DNA of 64,000 nt from an uncultured Gammaproteobacteria bacterium (GCA_964591375.1 CAZQAU010000001.1:16129-80128), one strand, 5' to 3'; positions 37,592-47,155 are shown, counted from the stretch's first letter. A program made the numbers and translations. The notes: generated by a model not told the origin, from the letters alone.

Positions 37592-39436
37592 TCAATCTTT
37601 TTTAGTCCGGTTTCTTTTTCTTCGAACAGTCCTTAAATATATGTAATATTCAATAGGCTCTTCGCATTTCTTACAGCACATTGCATCAGGCCCGGACTTT
37701 TTGTATTCTTTTCTTGTGCACAAAATACATAATGGCGCATGTTCACAGGGACTGTTCTGAACATCGGCATACTTATCACAATTCATACACATCAAATTTC
37801 CACTTTCTTTGATTGTTTTGGCATTCTTTTTTGGAATTGGAGCAATCAATCCATTAACATGATCTCCAGGGTAATTTGTGAATAATTTGGATATATGAGG
37901 TAAATATGTATAAGACACAATTTCAGCGCGACAGACTGGACAGGAAATGTTTTTTTCTAAAGCCGTTTCATAATGCCTCTTGCAACATTTCACACATAAA
38001 GAAGCATGGTTGCAAGGATTCATTCTGACATTGGCATCTGCGTCTGCACATGTAATGCATTCCAATTCATTTTCTCCAAGCTGATTATCGGTAGTATCAA
38101 CCACAGTATCAACATCCATTTCTTCTGAATAATTTACAAACATTTCTTTGATGGGTTTCCTAACCACAGGCACAGATTCCGTTTGCATCGAAGATATAAA
38201 CTCTCCAAACGATTCAGAAAACTGTCTTCTTCTGTGTTCCTCAGTGCATACTCTTGTAATTTGTGCTCGAACGGTTCCAAGTAAGGACAATTCTCCAAGA
38301 AATAGGTTTATATTTCTTAAGCTTTCTTTTATATTATTTCTTTTGTCTGGGTCAGTTTCGTGTTCAACTCGCGCAGCAATTGTGTCAAATTCTGCATTTA
38401 ATGCATTTGAAATTTCTAACATAACTCGACTGGTTGTATATTGATTTGCTTCATTGATTCGAGGTGTATGAGGATTATCAAATTTGACAGGATCTATCAT
38501 TGGCCAGTTGAACCAGGCCACCTTGCGTCGCAATTCGAGCACTCTTCTCATATCAACCCATCTCTGGACCCGTGAATCTCCAGGTTCGATATTGTTCAAA
38601 TAGTTTTGTAAATTATTTTCCAAAGAAACCAATGCTTCTGAATGCCCATACAACATCAAAAGACGATAGCTCATATCCATAAATTCCGGTTTGAGCATTA
38701 ATGTTTTAGGATTTTCAAACGTAGGTATACATTCAAGTTTGTCTTTTAAGTCGTCAGGAATCGTATCTGCTATAACAGGAACGTTTCTTAAAAATAGCAC
38801 TCTCATAGATCGCAAAATATTATTATTCAATGGTAACGCTTGATCATTAGATGGATCAGGTACACTAAATATATATGGCCCATTTTGTGAAGACATCTGG
38901 CTTCCAAAAGTTTGTACTAATTCATTAAGCATAGTTGAAATATTATTTTCTGGATGCAATTCAGCAGACTCTTCCGAATTTTCATCCACTTGTTCGTCAT
39001 TACTGTTAAAAGGAACAGGTGCATGGACAGCACTGAATGTAATCAGATTTCTGAAAGCCATATTATTTTGTTCTTGATTGATATCGTTTACAATATCTGA
39101 TTCTCCAGGTTCGTTTGCATTGACTGGTGTAGTGTTATTTACTATGTCATTGACACTCAGCCTTCCTTCGTTGTTTAAGGTAATATTGGATCCCATATGT
39201 ATTGGTTGTGAAACCGATTCCATATCGGTTCCTGATGGCAAATCGTTGAGTGTATCGTTGGGTATCACTCGTCTTTGAGTTGTATGTACGATTTGAGCTC
39301 CATTTTCATTGTGCAAAACATTAGTATCGAAAAAATAAAAAGTCGTAGTTTGATGATTTAAGCGTTCGTTATTAATTTGATTGTTCAATCGACCAAATAT
39401 CCTCTCCAAAAAATGAATTCTCGAATTGTTATTCAT
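37592..39436 (-). CDS. protein with two C-terminal C3HC4 RING fingers (614 aa), putative E3 ligase
   Basis: RING1 (37931..38059): CITCADADANVRMNPCNHASLCVKCCKRHYETALEKNISCPVC. RING2 (37664..37789): CMNCDKYADVQNSPCEHAPLCILCTRKEYKKSGPDAMCCKKC. The N-terminal 450 aa are Asn-rich with no recognised motif. Confidence 0.8.
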   Translation of the reverse strand: MNNNSRIHFLERIFGRLNNQINNERLNHQTTTFYFFDTNVLHNENGAQIVHTTQRRVIPNDTLNDLPSGTDMESVSQPIHMGSNITLNNEGRLSVNDIVNNTTPVNANEPGESDIVNDINQEQNNMAFRNLITFSAVHAPVPFNSNDEQVDENSEESAELHPENNISTMLNELVQTFGSQMSSQNGPYIFSVPDPSNDQALPLNNNILRSMRVLFLRNVPVIADTIPDDLKDKLECIPTFENPKTLMLKPEFMDMSYRLLMLYGHSEALVSLENNLQNYLNNIEPGDSRVQRWVDMRRVLELRRKVAWFNWPMIDPVKFDNPHTPRINEANQYTTSRVMLEISNALNAEFDTIAARVEHETDPDKRNNIKESLRNINLFLGELSLLGTVRAQITRVCTEEHRRRQFSESFGEFISSMQTESVPVVRKPIKEMFVNYSEEMDVDTVVDTTDNQLGENELECITCADADANVRMNPCNHASLCVKCCKRHYETALEKNISCPVCRAEIVSYTYLPHISKLFTNYPGDHVNGLIAPIPKKNAKTIKESGNLMCMNCDKYADVQNSPCEHAPLCILCTRKEYKKSGPDAMCCKKCEEPIEYYIYLRTVRRKRNRTKKD

Positions 39437-39633
39437 TTCAATAGCACTCCTTTTTTTAGGTTTGATTGTTTGTTTTTTAAAAAGGGTTTGTGAAAAAATT
39501 ATTATTAAAATTTTTCCTTTGTGAAAAAATTTTAGTGCAAAGACTGAGAAACATATAAAATATATAATTTATTTAATATAATTGACAATAGCAATACGGA
39601 AACATACAAATTTCAAATGTTTTTACGCAGGTT

Positions 39634-40242
39634 TCATTCTGTAAGATACTCTTCTGATTCATTCATTTCGGGGAATTCTTCATCTTTGACTCTTGTTCGG
39701 ATTTGGGTGTTTTGTTCCCTTACGTTATCACGGAGATCCCATAAGAAAAATAGAATCATATATGCGCCAATAATAATCAATGGTATGTACAACGCCCATC
39801 CCAAATTTGGCTTATCTGGCACTTCCAAATGCACCACCAATAAAATAAACGAGGTAAGAGTAGCAGCCCATGCTATTGTCATTGCCATCCAGCCCGAAAA
39901 CAGATACCATGCATGATGGAAGCTGAACCAGAATGGGAATCCGAGTGCAATCAGCCCCCAAAGCCCAAAAAAGATGTATGCCGGAATAAATACAACTGCC
40001 CATGGAACTCCATCATTGTCTGGATCTAAAGCTACTTTGGGAGCAACGAAACATAATTGCATGACAAATAAAACGGCCAGAAAAATCATTCCAATATTTT
40101 CCCATATTTCCACTTTTTTGGCGGTTTCTTCGGAAATGTCATAACTCAGGCTTCTGGCCTTAGAACGATGCTTGGCAGATTTTTCGGTCGATTCTGGACC
40201 TGTAAACTTATCCATCATCGCCTTTGATTTTCGTTTGCTCAT
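39634..40242 (-). CDS. four-TM membrane protein (202 aa)
   Basis: ATG at 40240-40242. Four hydrophobic runs (IGMIFLAVLFVMQLCFVAP, VPWAVVFIPAYIFFGLWGLIALGF, WYLFSGWMAMTIAWAATLTSFILLVV, WALYIPLIIIGAYMILFFLW). Confidence 0.7.
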   Translation of the reverse strand: MSKRKSKAMMDKFTGPESTEKSAKHRSKARSLSYDISEETAKKVEIWENIGMIFLAVLFVMQLCFVAPKVALDPDNDGVPWAVVFIPAYIFFGLWGLIALGFPFWFSFHHAWYLFSGWMAMTIAWAATLTSFILLVVHLEVPDKPNLGWALYIPLIIIGAYMILFFLWDLRDNVREQNTQIRTRVKDEEFPEMNESEEYLTE

Positions 40243-40387
40243 ATTGATAGACTCTTTCGTATTGTAAAAATTATGTAGATGTGGTTTATTATATTAATCA
40301 CAACAACTCAATTATTTATATAATACAAATTTTTTGTATTATTCTTTTTCTGATTTTTGGGCATTAAACAGACAAAATAGAATTTTT

Positions 40388-41128
40388 TCATTTGGCATCT
40401 TTTTGTTCAGTATTGTCATTTTCAGCAGCCTCTTTTTTCTTTTGTATATCTTCGTGCAAATGAGTTATCTCTTGCAAGCATCCCATTATAAGAAAGAAAA
40501 AATAGATAACTACTATATATCCAAATGATCTGAAATAAAAGAAAAATAGCTTAAAAAACATAAACACTCGTGTCCATATCTCTGTAAACCACCCGAATAT
40601 ATGTTTGTTGTCTAGGAATGAAAAAAGCTCTCTAAAATAAACTGTTGTATACAACTCTACGGTCATTGACGCAGTAAAAATAAAAATTGCAAACATTGCA
40701 AAAACGGGTAAAATAGATGAATGTGAAAATACTAAGATAAATCCGTAAATAATCCATAAAATAAATCCATATGAACAAAATGATAAACATATTTCATAAG
40801 AGTTATCTGGAGGATCTATAAAATTGTCACAATGAAAACCTTTTTTGTCTAGAAGGTTCATCATCACTTCAGTAATTTGACAAAAAAATGCTACAAAAGA
40901 CACCCATTTTGTAATGGTTGTTAATAGGTTCACATAAAAACCATCTTCGCAATACACTTGTGCCATCAATACAAGTAAAAATGGTGTAACCAAACCAATT
41001 AATAAATTCTTTGGATCACACATTGGTTTTGCGATCTGAATCCATCTTAGTTTTTCAGCGTATTCCTCAACATCAATGTCTATTGATGATTTAGTATTTG
41101 CTTTGTCTTTTTGATGTAGCATATGCAT
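40388..41128 (-). CDS. polytopic membrane protein (246 aa)
   Basis: The track start at 41167 is TTG. The first ATG is at 41126-41128 (MHMLHQKDK). About 6 hydrophobic runs. Confidence 0.7.
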   Translation of the reverse strand: MHMLHQKDKANTKSSIDIDVEEYAEKLRWIQIAKPMCDPKNLLIGLVTPFLLVLMAQVYCEDGFYVNLLTTITKWVSFVAFFCQITEVMMNLLDKKGFHCDNFIDPPDNSYEICLSFCSYGFILWIIYGFILVFSHSSILPVFAMFAIFIFTASMTVELYTTVYFRELFSFLDNKHIFGWFTEIWTRVFMFFKLFFFYFRSFGYIVVIYFFFLIMGCLQEITHLHEDIQKKKEAAENDNTEQKDAK

Positions 41129-41257
41129 ATTTGTGTTTTTGAGTAGTATCTTTTCTTTTGGAAACAAAACTTGCTTTTCAAACTTTTATGACTAAAATTT
41201 ATTTTTATAAAAAGGTGCTGTGACATCACATAAAATTATTTTCCCAAATTGGGTTAT

Positions 41258-42550
41258 TTAGTGTTCCTTATTCAAAAACTCGGAAATACTATGAGTTCTG
41301 CCACACTGGCATTTGTAAGAAACAACAAATCGTGACATAGATTTGATCAATTTCCACATAAATCGAAACAGGGCCATAATATTGGTATACAGTGCAATAT
41401 TAAAACACATAATGTTTGTTACAATAAACAAAAACACGTTCCATATGATATCAAATCCTTCGCCGCATTCATCACCCGGCGAAAAGGTTTGTTTGTATTT
41501 AAAATATTTCAGTATATTTGCTATGTTATTCATAAAATAAAGACTGGTCAATATGAAGACCACTACATTTGCATTTGTAAACAACATCAAATGAAACGAT
41601 ATCAAAAAAACAACCAAGTTGAATGCCTGTTCGGCATAATAACGACCAGTGTTCCCGGCCAGACGCAAATGTTTGTCTTTTCGCATAAAAGCAGCCATTC
41701 TTGCGATTGTAATAAGAGAATAACATCCAAAAAACAAACAAGAAAATGTCGCTAGTATAACAGTCATTCCGTATCCCATATGCCCAGTATCCAATAGCAG
41801 TGGAACCATTAATCCTGCTACAAGTAATGTCATAAACAACCGAGGATGGGTAGTATCGTAAACCAATTGATTAAACACTTCATTTGGTTTTGGGGTCTTC
41901 TCTTTTTTCGGTCGTTCTTCATTGACTGGGATTTTATTATTATCCTTGTTGTCATCGGCAACCTTGGTTTCAGGTTGTTTCTGAGGAGTTTCAATTTTTT
42001 CTTCCAATGGAATACACCCTTCAGAACGTGGCTGATTTTGACTGATTTCATTTCTGCCATGAATGGGTAAACAATTATCAGGTTGATCTTGACACATTGA
42101 AAACGTCATTTCTGCACACGATTTTTTCATTGATTTGTCATAACAGACATTATCACAGCTATAATAACCGGATTTTGCCATTGATTCATTCAAATCAATA
42201 TCATACTCAATTTTTGCTGTAGGATTTTTCCGGTTTATATACTCCACTATACGTGATCCGAGTTCTCTTTTTGATTTCATCAATTCTTTGTAGGAAGCAA
42301 ATGCCTTTGCATAGTTCGTGTTCAATTCTTTCAACATTTGTTTTGCATGCATTACATGATCGTCGTCGAACTTATTCATTAAATCCTGTAAAGTTTTGTT
42401 TGATACTGTGATCATCATATGAGCTTGTGCATGATTGTACTCGTCTATAACCACATTGTTTCTCGCATCAACAATTTTTTTATCTAACTTTTTTAGATCC
42501 ATATTGTAGGTATACGTTGTAAAAGTGACAATGTTTCCTGATCTTATCAT
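41258..42550 (-). CDS. membrane protein (430 aa): soluble, partly coiled N-terminal half and about 5 TM in the C-terminal half
   Basis: ATG at 42548-42550. TM runs start at LFMTLLVAGLMVPLLLDTG. A tandem TATA-like repeat lies immediately upstream. Confidence 0.75.
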   Translation of the reverse strand: MIRSGNIVTFTTYTYNMDLKKLDKKIVDARNNVVIDEYNHAQAHMMITVSNKTLQDLMNKFDDDHVMHAKQMLKELNTNYAKAFASYKELMKSKRELGSRIVEYINRKNPTAKIEYDIDLNESMAKSGYYSCDNVCYDKSMKKSCAEMTFSMCQDQPDNCLPIHGRNEISQNQPRSEGCIPLEEKIETPQKQPETKVADDNKDNNKIPVNEERPKKEKTPKPNEVFNQLVYDTTHPRLFMTLLVAGLMVPLLLDTGHMGYGMTVILATFSCLFFGCYSLITIARMAAFMRKDKHLRLAGNTGRYYAEQAFNLVVFLISFHLMLFTNANVVVFILTSLYFMNNIANILKYFKYKQTFSPGDECGEGFDIIWNVFLFIVTNIMCFNIALYTNIMALFRFMWKLIKSMSRFVVSYKCQCGRTHSISEFLNKEH

Positions 42551-42566
42551 TGATATGGATTTAGGA

Positions 42567-42602
42567 TTTTATAAAAAACTGACTTTTTTTATAAAACTTG
42601 AC
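42567..42602 (-). promoter_or_regulatory. tandem TATA-like repeat upstream of 41258..42550
   Basis: Plus strand reads TTTTATAAAAAACTGAC followed directly by TTTTTTATAAAACTTGAC. A near-identical TTTTTATAAAAGTTGATC lies at a similar distance (about 16 nt) upstream of the ATG of 34850..35392. Confidence 0.3.
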
Positions 42603-42735
42603 AAATAAAAATAACTTTTACGATTTTGACGTCACAATTTTTTAAAGTTTTTTATTTAAAACACTTTTTTTCGTATAAATAGCTCAAATTACGTGATTAT
42701 AAGCGGTTTAAATAAGCACATTACAAAAAACCATT

Positions 42736-44394
42736 ATGGGAGACAATTTGGATCGGGATTTTTATGAAATGGAGAATGAAACAGTGAATGTTTCGGATAC
42801 TGTAAAAGATACAAATAAACGAGATAGATATGGAAACAATTTTACTAGTGAAGTGATAGGAGATGCGTTTGGAGCAAATGGGGATACATTAGTCAAATAC
42901 GACAAACCAAGCAAACAACGCAAAATATGCATCGAGGACGATGCTTGCTCAATTGTTGAAAATGTAAGAAACATCCAACTAGAACTTGCGAAAGGAGCAG
43001 AATCAGTTGGACATATGCTTTCTGATATATCAAAACGAGAAGTAAAGAAGGCAAGGGAACGGGCGAGGCTGTGCCATGTGAAGCCATTGAAAAGTTTGCA
43101 GAAAGTCAAAACACTCAAAGGAAAAATTGAATTCTATGAACAAGTTAGGGTGTTTGATTATAAATATGCTGTTGGAGATGCAGTTATGATTACTACAATA
43201 CATCAAAACGACAAATCCGGACAGCCAATAGATCTTACGAAGGAAGTAGAGTCTATTTTTATGCAATACAGAGACAACAAATATTTTACTGCACTTGACT
43301 ACATAAAGAACTTTGGGTTTGGGGTTATTAAATATATTGTAAAAAATGTCAAGGGCATGACATTGATTCATTTGACAAGATATATTCATTCTGCCGAAGT
43401 GAAATCAGCAATGGCGGCTGGAACTGCCTTGCCCAAAAAAGATTTGTTGCCGGACATTGATATTAGAGAATTGTATATTTGCAACGAAACATTGACTGTT
43501 ACGGCCGATTGTATCATAGGGCCTATCAAATTGGTAGAATTGATGCATTGCAAGGTGCCTACAGATCTTATGCCTGCAATGAACAACAGTACTGTTTTGG
43601 ATGATTTTATTCCTCCTTTATTTTTTTGCTCAATGGGATGCAATATTGACAACACAAATGGAAAGATAGAGTATATTCCGTCTCCAGGAGCTACCTTTTC
43701 AAATAGTCCTTTACCACTTAAAGGACATTCTTTTGATTCATATGTCTCCTTTTGTCATTCATCAGAATTGTATTCTTTGCAATTTTATTCGCATCCTTAT
43801 TTTGATTTTACTGTGTTGCCAGTGATCAAAAAACTCATACAATTTGGAGGAGGCACTAGAACAATGCTAGAGTCAAAACTGTTATTGAATTCGCTTGTAA
43901 AAAGCAATGTGGCAGTTACTGCAAGGAAATTTGATAAGTCAAATATCATTACTGAACCATGTGTGTTATGTGGCACATCTTTGTCCCAGAATCACAAAGG
44001 CAAAAAAGTATACGATATTGTATGGAAATATCAAAAGCCTAAAAATACAAAGAGCAAACACAAAAAACAAACGGCTGTTTATATGGATGAGTTTTTAAGA
44101 AGATACAAGGATATCATGCAAACTGTAGAGAAAAAAGAAAATACAGAGAAAAATATTAAAATCAAAACCATAAAGGGGATTGCTGGTCCCAAGTGTGGAT
44201 TGTCTATCCTGATGGCTATCAAGATAATCAAGCTTGCGAAGAAACTGTTTGGTTTTTTATTTAAAGATCCTATTCAAATTATTAATCCACTGGATGCCGA
44301 TGAGAGTGAAAAGAAATCCGAAGAAATGCAAAAGAAATTTATGGAATTAAAACAAAAGTTTTTCACATTGCTCAAAGATGCAACTACTTTTTGA
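42736..44394 (+). CDS. hypothetical protein (552 aa)
   Basis: ATG start. Its 3' end overlaps the convergent gene 44384..45076 by 11 nt. No confident motif. Confidence 0.75.
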   Translation: MGDNLDRDFYEMENETVNVSDTVKDTNKRDRYGNNFTSEVIGDAFGANGDTLVKYDKPSKQRKICIEDDACSIVENVRNIQLELAKGAESVGHMLSDISKREVKKARERARLCHVKPLKSLQKVKTLKGKIEFYEQVRVFDYKYAVGDAVMITTIHQNDKSGQPIDLTKEVESIFMQYRDNKYFTALDYIKNFGFGVIKYIVKNVKGMTLIHLTRYIHSAEVKSAMAAGTALPKKDLLPDIDIRELYICNETLTVTADCIIGPIKLVELMHCKVPTDLMPAMNNSTVLDDFIPPLFFCSMGCNIDNTNGKIEYIPSPGATFSNSPLPLKGHSFDSYVSFCHSSELYSLQFYSHPYFDFTVLPVIKKLIQFGGGTRTMLESKLLLNSLVKSNVAVTARKFDKSNIITEPCVLCGTSLSQNHKGKKVYDIVWKYQKPKNTKSKHKKQTAVYMDEFLRRYKDIMQTVEKKENTEKNIKIKTIKGIAGPKCGLSILMAIKIIKLAKKLFGFLFKDPIQIINPLDADESEKKSEEMQKKFMELKQKFFTLLKDATTF

Positions 44395-45076
44395 CAACTC
44401 TGGATTTTTTGACAAGGCGTTTTCTTCTTGGATTGGACTTTCCAAAATCAAACATATTTTCTTCAATCTTTTGCTTTGTGATGCAGTGTTTTGAAATAAA
44501 GTAAAGTTTTTTCTCGTAATCAAATTCCTCTGTTTCAAATGTTCCTAGGAGATGGGATTCTTCCAATGCCTTGAAAATGAAATCACAATTTTCTTTTGTA
44601 TCACATTCGTACAAAGTGATATGAGGTTTCCAGGGCAATCTGTTCATTCCAGGGAATGTATTAACAAATTGGCTTTGGAAATTGACAACATATTTTTTCA
44701 TTGCTTCGTTGTCTGTTTCGTGAAGTCGGATAGCAATGTGTTTGTCTCCAAACTTTTCAATGACTCCTGCACGCAACATTCCAATATCAAACGGATTCTG
44801 TTCGAAATATTCTTGGCATCTTTCTATAATATGTTGGAAATTCAATACAGGATCCAATTCTCCAAAATATGTAAAGGTAACATGGGTTTTGATTCCATTG
44901 CCAATGGTTTTAATTGCCTTCGATTTTAAGGTTGGACTAAGATCCACAAACTGTTTCAAATCTTTTTCAGAAAGAGTACTTCCAGCAGCTTCTCTTAGTT
45001 CAATCCAATGAGTATATCTATTCCATTCATGTGGATTAACATACTCTTCTTTTGCAGTGTTGTTAGAGTCACTCAT
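44384..45076 (-). CDS. 2H phosphoesterase superfamily (LigT / cyclic phosphodiesterase-like) protein (230 aa)
   Basis: The track start at 45139 is GTG. The first ATG is at 45074-45076 (MSDSNNTAKE). Two H-x-T-x motifs, KTHVTFTYFG and KPHITLYECD, lie 87 residues apart, which is typical 2H-family spacing. Confidence 0.6.
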   Translation of the reverse strand: MSDSNNTAKEEYVNPHEWNRYTHWIELREAAGSTLSEKDLKQFVDLSPTLKSKAIKTIGNGIKTHVTFTYFGELDPVLNFQHIIERCQEYFEQNPFDIGMLRAGVIEKFGDKHIAIRLHETDNEAMKKYVVNFQSQFVNTFPGMNRLPWKPHITLYECDTKENCDFIFKALEESHLLGTFETEEFDYEKKLYFISKHCITKQKIEENMFDFGKSNPRRKRLVKKSRVVKK

Positions 45077-45164
45077 TTTCAGGTAGTTTCTATTAGAGAA
45101 ATTATTTTTTTGAATTATAAAAACAAAATTTATAATCACAAATTATTTGAAACTAAATTTTAAA

Positions 45165-45686
45165 ATGAGTGTGCGAGAGGCAGAGGAAAACATAAGTTTT
45201 GAATGGAAAGTTGCGTTTTCAGAATGGAACAAAGAACCACGACAGTGTTTCAAATGCAATGCGATTTATTACGAAAGTAACAATATGGGGAAATGGCAAT
45301 GTGTGCAAAAACATGTGGCAAGGAATCCTAGGACAAGAGAACAATACGAATTCCTTGTGAGAGCAGACCATTGCAATGTGCTGAATATGAATTATTCGAA
45401 TCTGGACGATATCAAAATAGACAAAATAGTGTTTGAACGATTAAAAAATAGCTATTTTAGCAATGTGTTTGGCATAATAGGACGAACAGATCCAGCAATT
45501 GGGCGCAGAGATGGTTTTAGTCTAAACTTCAATTATGTTATTCGACGATATGATTGGATTACGCAACACACCATCGGAAAACTTGTGCCAGATATCCCTG
45601 ACAGTTTTGTAGAAACCGCATACTATAAACTAACCAAATATCCAAATGTTTCATTGATTGTCCCAAGGAATTTGCTTAGAAAATAA
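45165..45686 (+). CDS. hypothetical protein (173 aa) with an N-terminal Cys/His cluster
   Basis: The first ATG is at 45165; the track start is TTG. Contains CFKCNAIYYESNNMGKWQCVQKH. Divergent from the 2H gene across an 88-nt spacer. Confidence 0.6.
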   Translation: MSVREAEENISFEWKVAFSEWNKEPRQCFKCNAIYYESNNMGKWQCVQKHVARNPRTREQYEFLVRADHCNVLNMNYSNLDDIKIDKIVFERLKNSYFSNVFGIIGRTDPAIGRRDGFSLNFNYVIRRYDWITQHTIGKLVPDIPDSFVETAYYKLTKYPNVSLIVPRNLLRK

Positions 45687-45781
45687 CTGTAAATAAATAT
45701 AATTATATAAAGTTGTACTTTTAAGTCAAAATTTTGTGCATAAAATATGGTGGCAATCAAACATTAAAAAACTATATCATC

Positions 45782-46159
45782 ATGTATAGGATTATTTTGT
45801 TTACGTTGATTGCTTGTGTCTTTGCATTAAACCAGATTGAAATGAAAAATAACACAAAAATAACCTATCTTCTTTGTGACATTCATTTTCAAAAATATGC
45901 CTACGTTGTAACAAACGGATATTCAGTCCCTATTACTCTAAAGGTGAATATCACATGTGATTCATACCAAAATGAAGATACAATTGAAGCAGCGGCTTTA
46001 ATGTATTACTTTGGGGACATATCGCCTGCATATGGAAAAATCCAAGACAAATTGTGTAGACTAATGTTGTATACAGATAATGAACCATTTGATTCAACAA
46101 CATATGTCTATCAAACAATAGAAAATTTGTGTGACTATATTCCAATATTACAGAGATAA
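45782..46159 (+). CDS. secreted 4-Cys domain protein (125 aa), paralogue of the ectodomain of 46313..47116
   Basis: The first ATG is at 45782. Signal-like MYRIILFTLIACVFA and no TM. Four Cys and the block NGYSVP...EPF...VYQ are conserved with the neighbour. Confidence 0.65.
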   Translation: MYRIILFTLIACVFALNQIEMKNNTKITYLLCDIHFQKYAYVVTNGYSVPITLKVNITCDSYQNEDTIEAAALMYYFGDISPAYGKIQDKLCRLMLYTDNEPFDSTTYVYQTIENLCDYIPILQR

Positions 46160-46312
46160 AACATTGGTTCATATTTTTTAAAATAGTGTGTTCAAATTAA
46201 ACATTTTTTTGTTTGTTCAAATTAGTATAATGTAACAAATGTAAATTATAGTAACGTTAACATATAAAAAAAGCTTGTTGTTGTGTTGTGTTATATAGTA
46301 CGATCGTCATTC

Positions 46313-47116
46313 ATGAAATTTTTCCTATTTTTGTTATGCATTGCTGCAGTGCATGCAATATCGCAGCAACAAATGAATTCCACAACTGGATTTAGCACAT
46401 TGTCATGCAATGTTGCGACAAATTCATATCTTTTTACCATAGTGAATGGATATACAGTTCCAAATAATTTGATTGTTTTGCTCGAGTGCACAAATGTTGC
46501 AGCCAACTCTGTTTCATATACGGTTCCAGCTATCGGGACAGTTTCAGGAAGCATTTCGCCAATCACTGGAACAGTTCAGAATCATTTTTGTGCCATATCC
46601 GTCTATACTCCAAGCGAACCGTTCACAAATAATACTGTAGTATACCAGTCAGTAGATAGTACTTGTGGAGGTGTCACAGTACCGAGCTCTGTTCAAGCAG
46701 ATTGTGATTATTGGAACATACCATGTCAATTTGATACGGGGCAATGGTACTATAACTTGCCGTGTTTATTATTATTGTATCTTTTGATGATTATCGTGGT
46801 ATTGGTTATCGTAGCCGTATTTGTTTTAATATTATGGAGTGAAAATAATGCAATCAATCAAGCAAGGAAAGACCAAGTGAATGGAGCTAAAGCAAACCCA
46901 GAATTGATGAAATCGTACTTGGATCATCACAGAGGACAACCAACAGTATATTCCTCCTTAAGAACAGGATCGAATGCATCTATGGTCTTTATGAAAAAAG
47001 AACCTCATATATTCACAAGAGCATTTGGAGGCTTGTGGTTTGGCAGAAAGAAAAGCCAAAATGACGATGACGAAGATGACGATTTTGAAGAGGGAGTGGA
47101 ATTAGAGAATTATTAA
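46313..47116 (+). CDS. type I membrane glycoprotein (267 aa) with the same 4-Cys N-terminal domain
   Basis: The first ATG is at 46313. Signal MKFFLFLLCIAAVHA. TM LPCLLLLYLLMIIVVLVIVAVFVLILW. The cytoplasmic tail carries YSSL and an acidic cluster DDDEDDDFEE. Confidence 0.75.
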   Translation: MKFFLFLLCIAAVHAISQQQMNSTTGFSTLSCNVATNSYLFTIVNGYTVPNNLIVLLECTNVAANSVSYTVPAIGTVSGSISPITGTVQNHFCAISVYTPSEPFTNNTVVYQSVDSTCGGVTVPSSVQADCDYWNIPCQFDTGQWYYNLPCLLLLYLLMIIVVLVIVAVFVLILWSENNAINQARKDQVNGAKANPELMKSYLDHHRGQPTVYSSLRTGSNASMVFMKKEPHIFTRAFGGLWFGRKKSQNDDDEDDDFEEGVELENY

Positions 47117-47155
47117 AAATTTGTATTATTTACTTTGAAAATATAAAAATGTGTT

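Noticed and set aside
42627..42634. TGACGTCA CRE/ATF palindrome considered as a functional host transcription-factor site.
   Set aside because: It is a single occurrence, and roughly 0.1-0.6 copies are expected by chance in this window. I kept it only as a side note to the promoter finding.
42736..44394. Possible BAH-like domain (YKYAVGDAVMITT...LTRYIHSAEV) in the 552-aa protein.
   Set aside because: The resemblance rests on a GD-containing strand and one aromatic patch, which is far too weak to call by eye.
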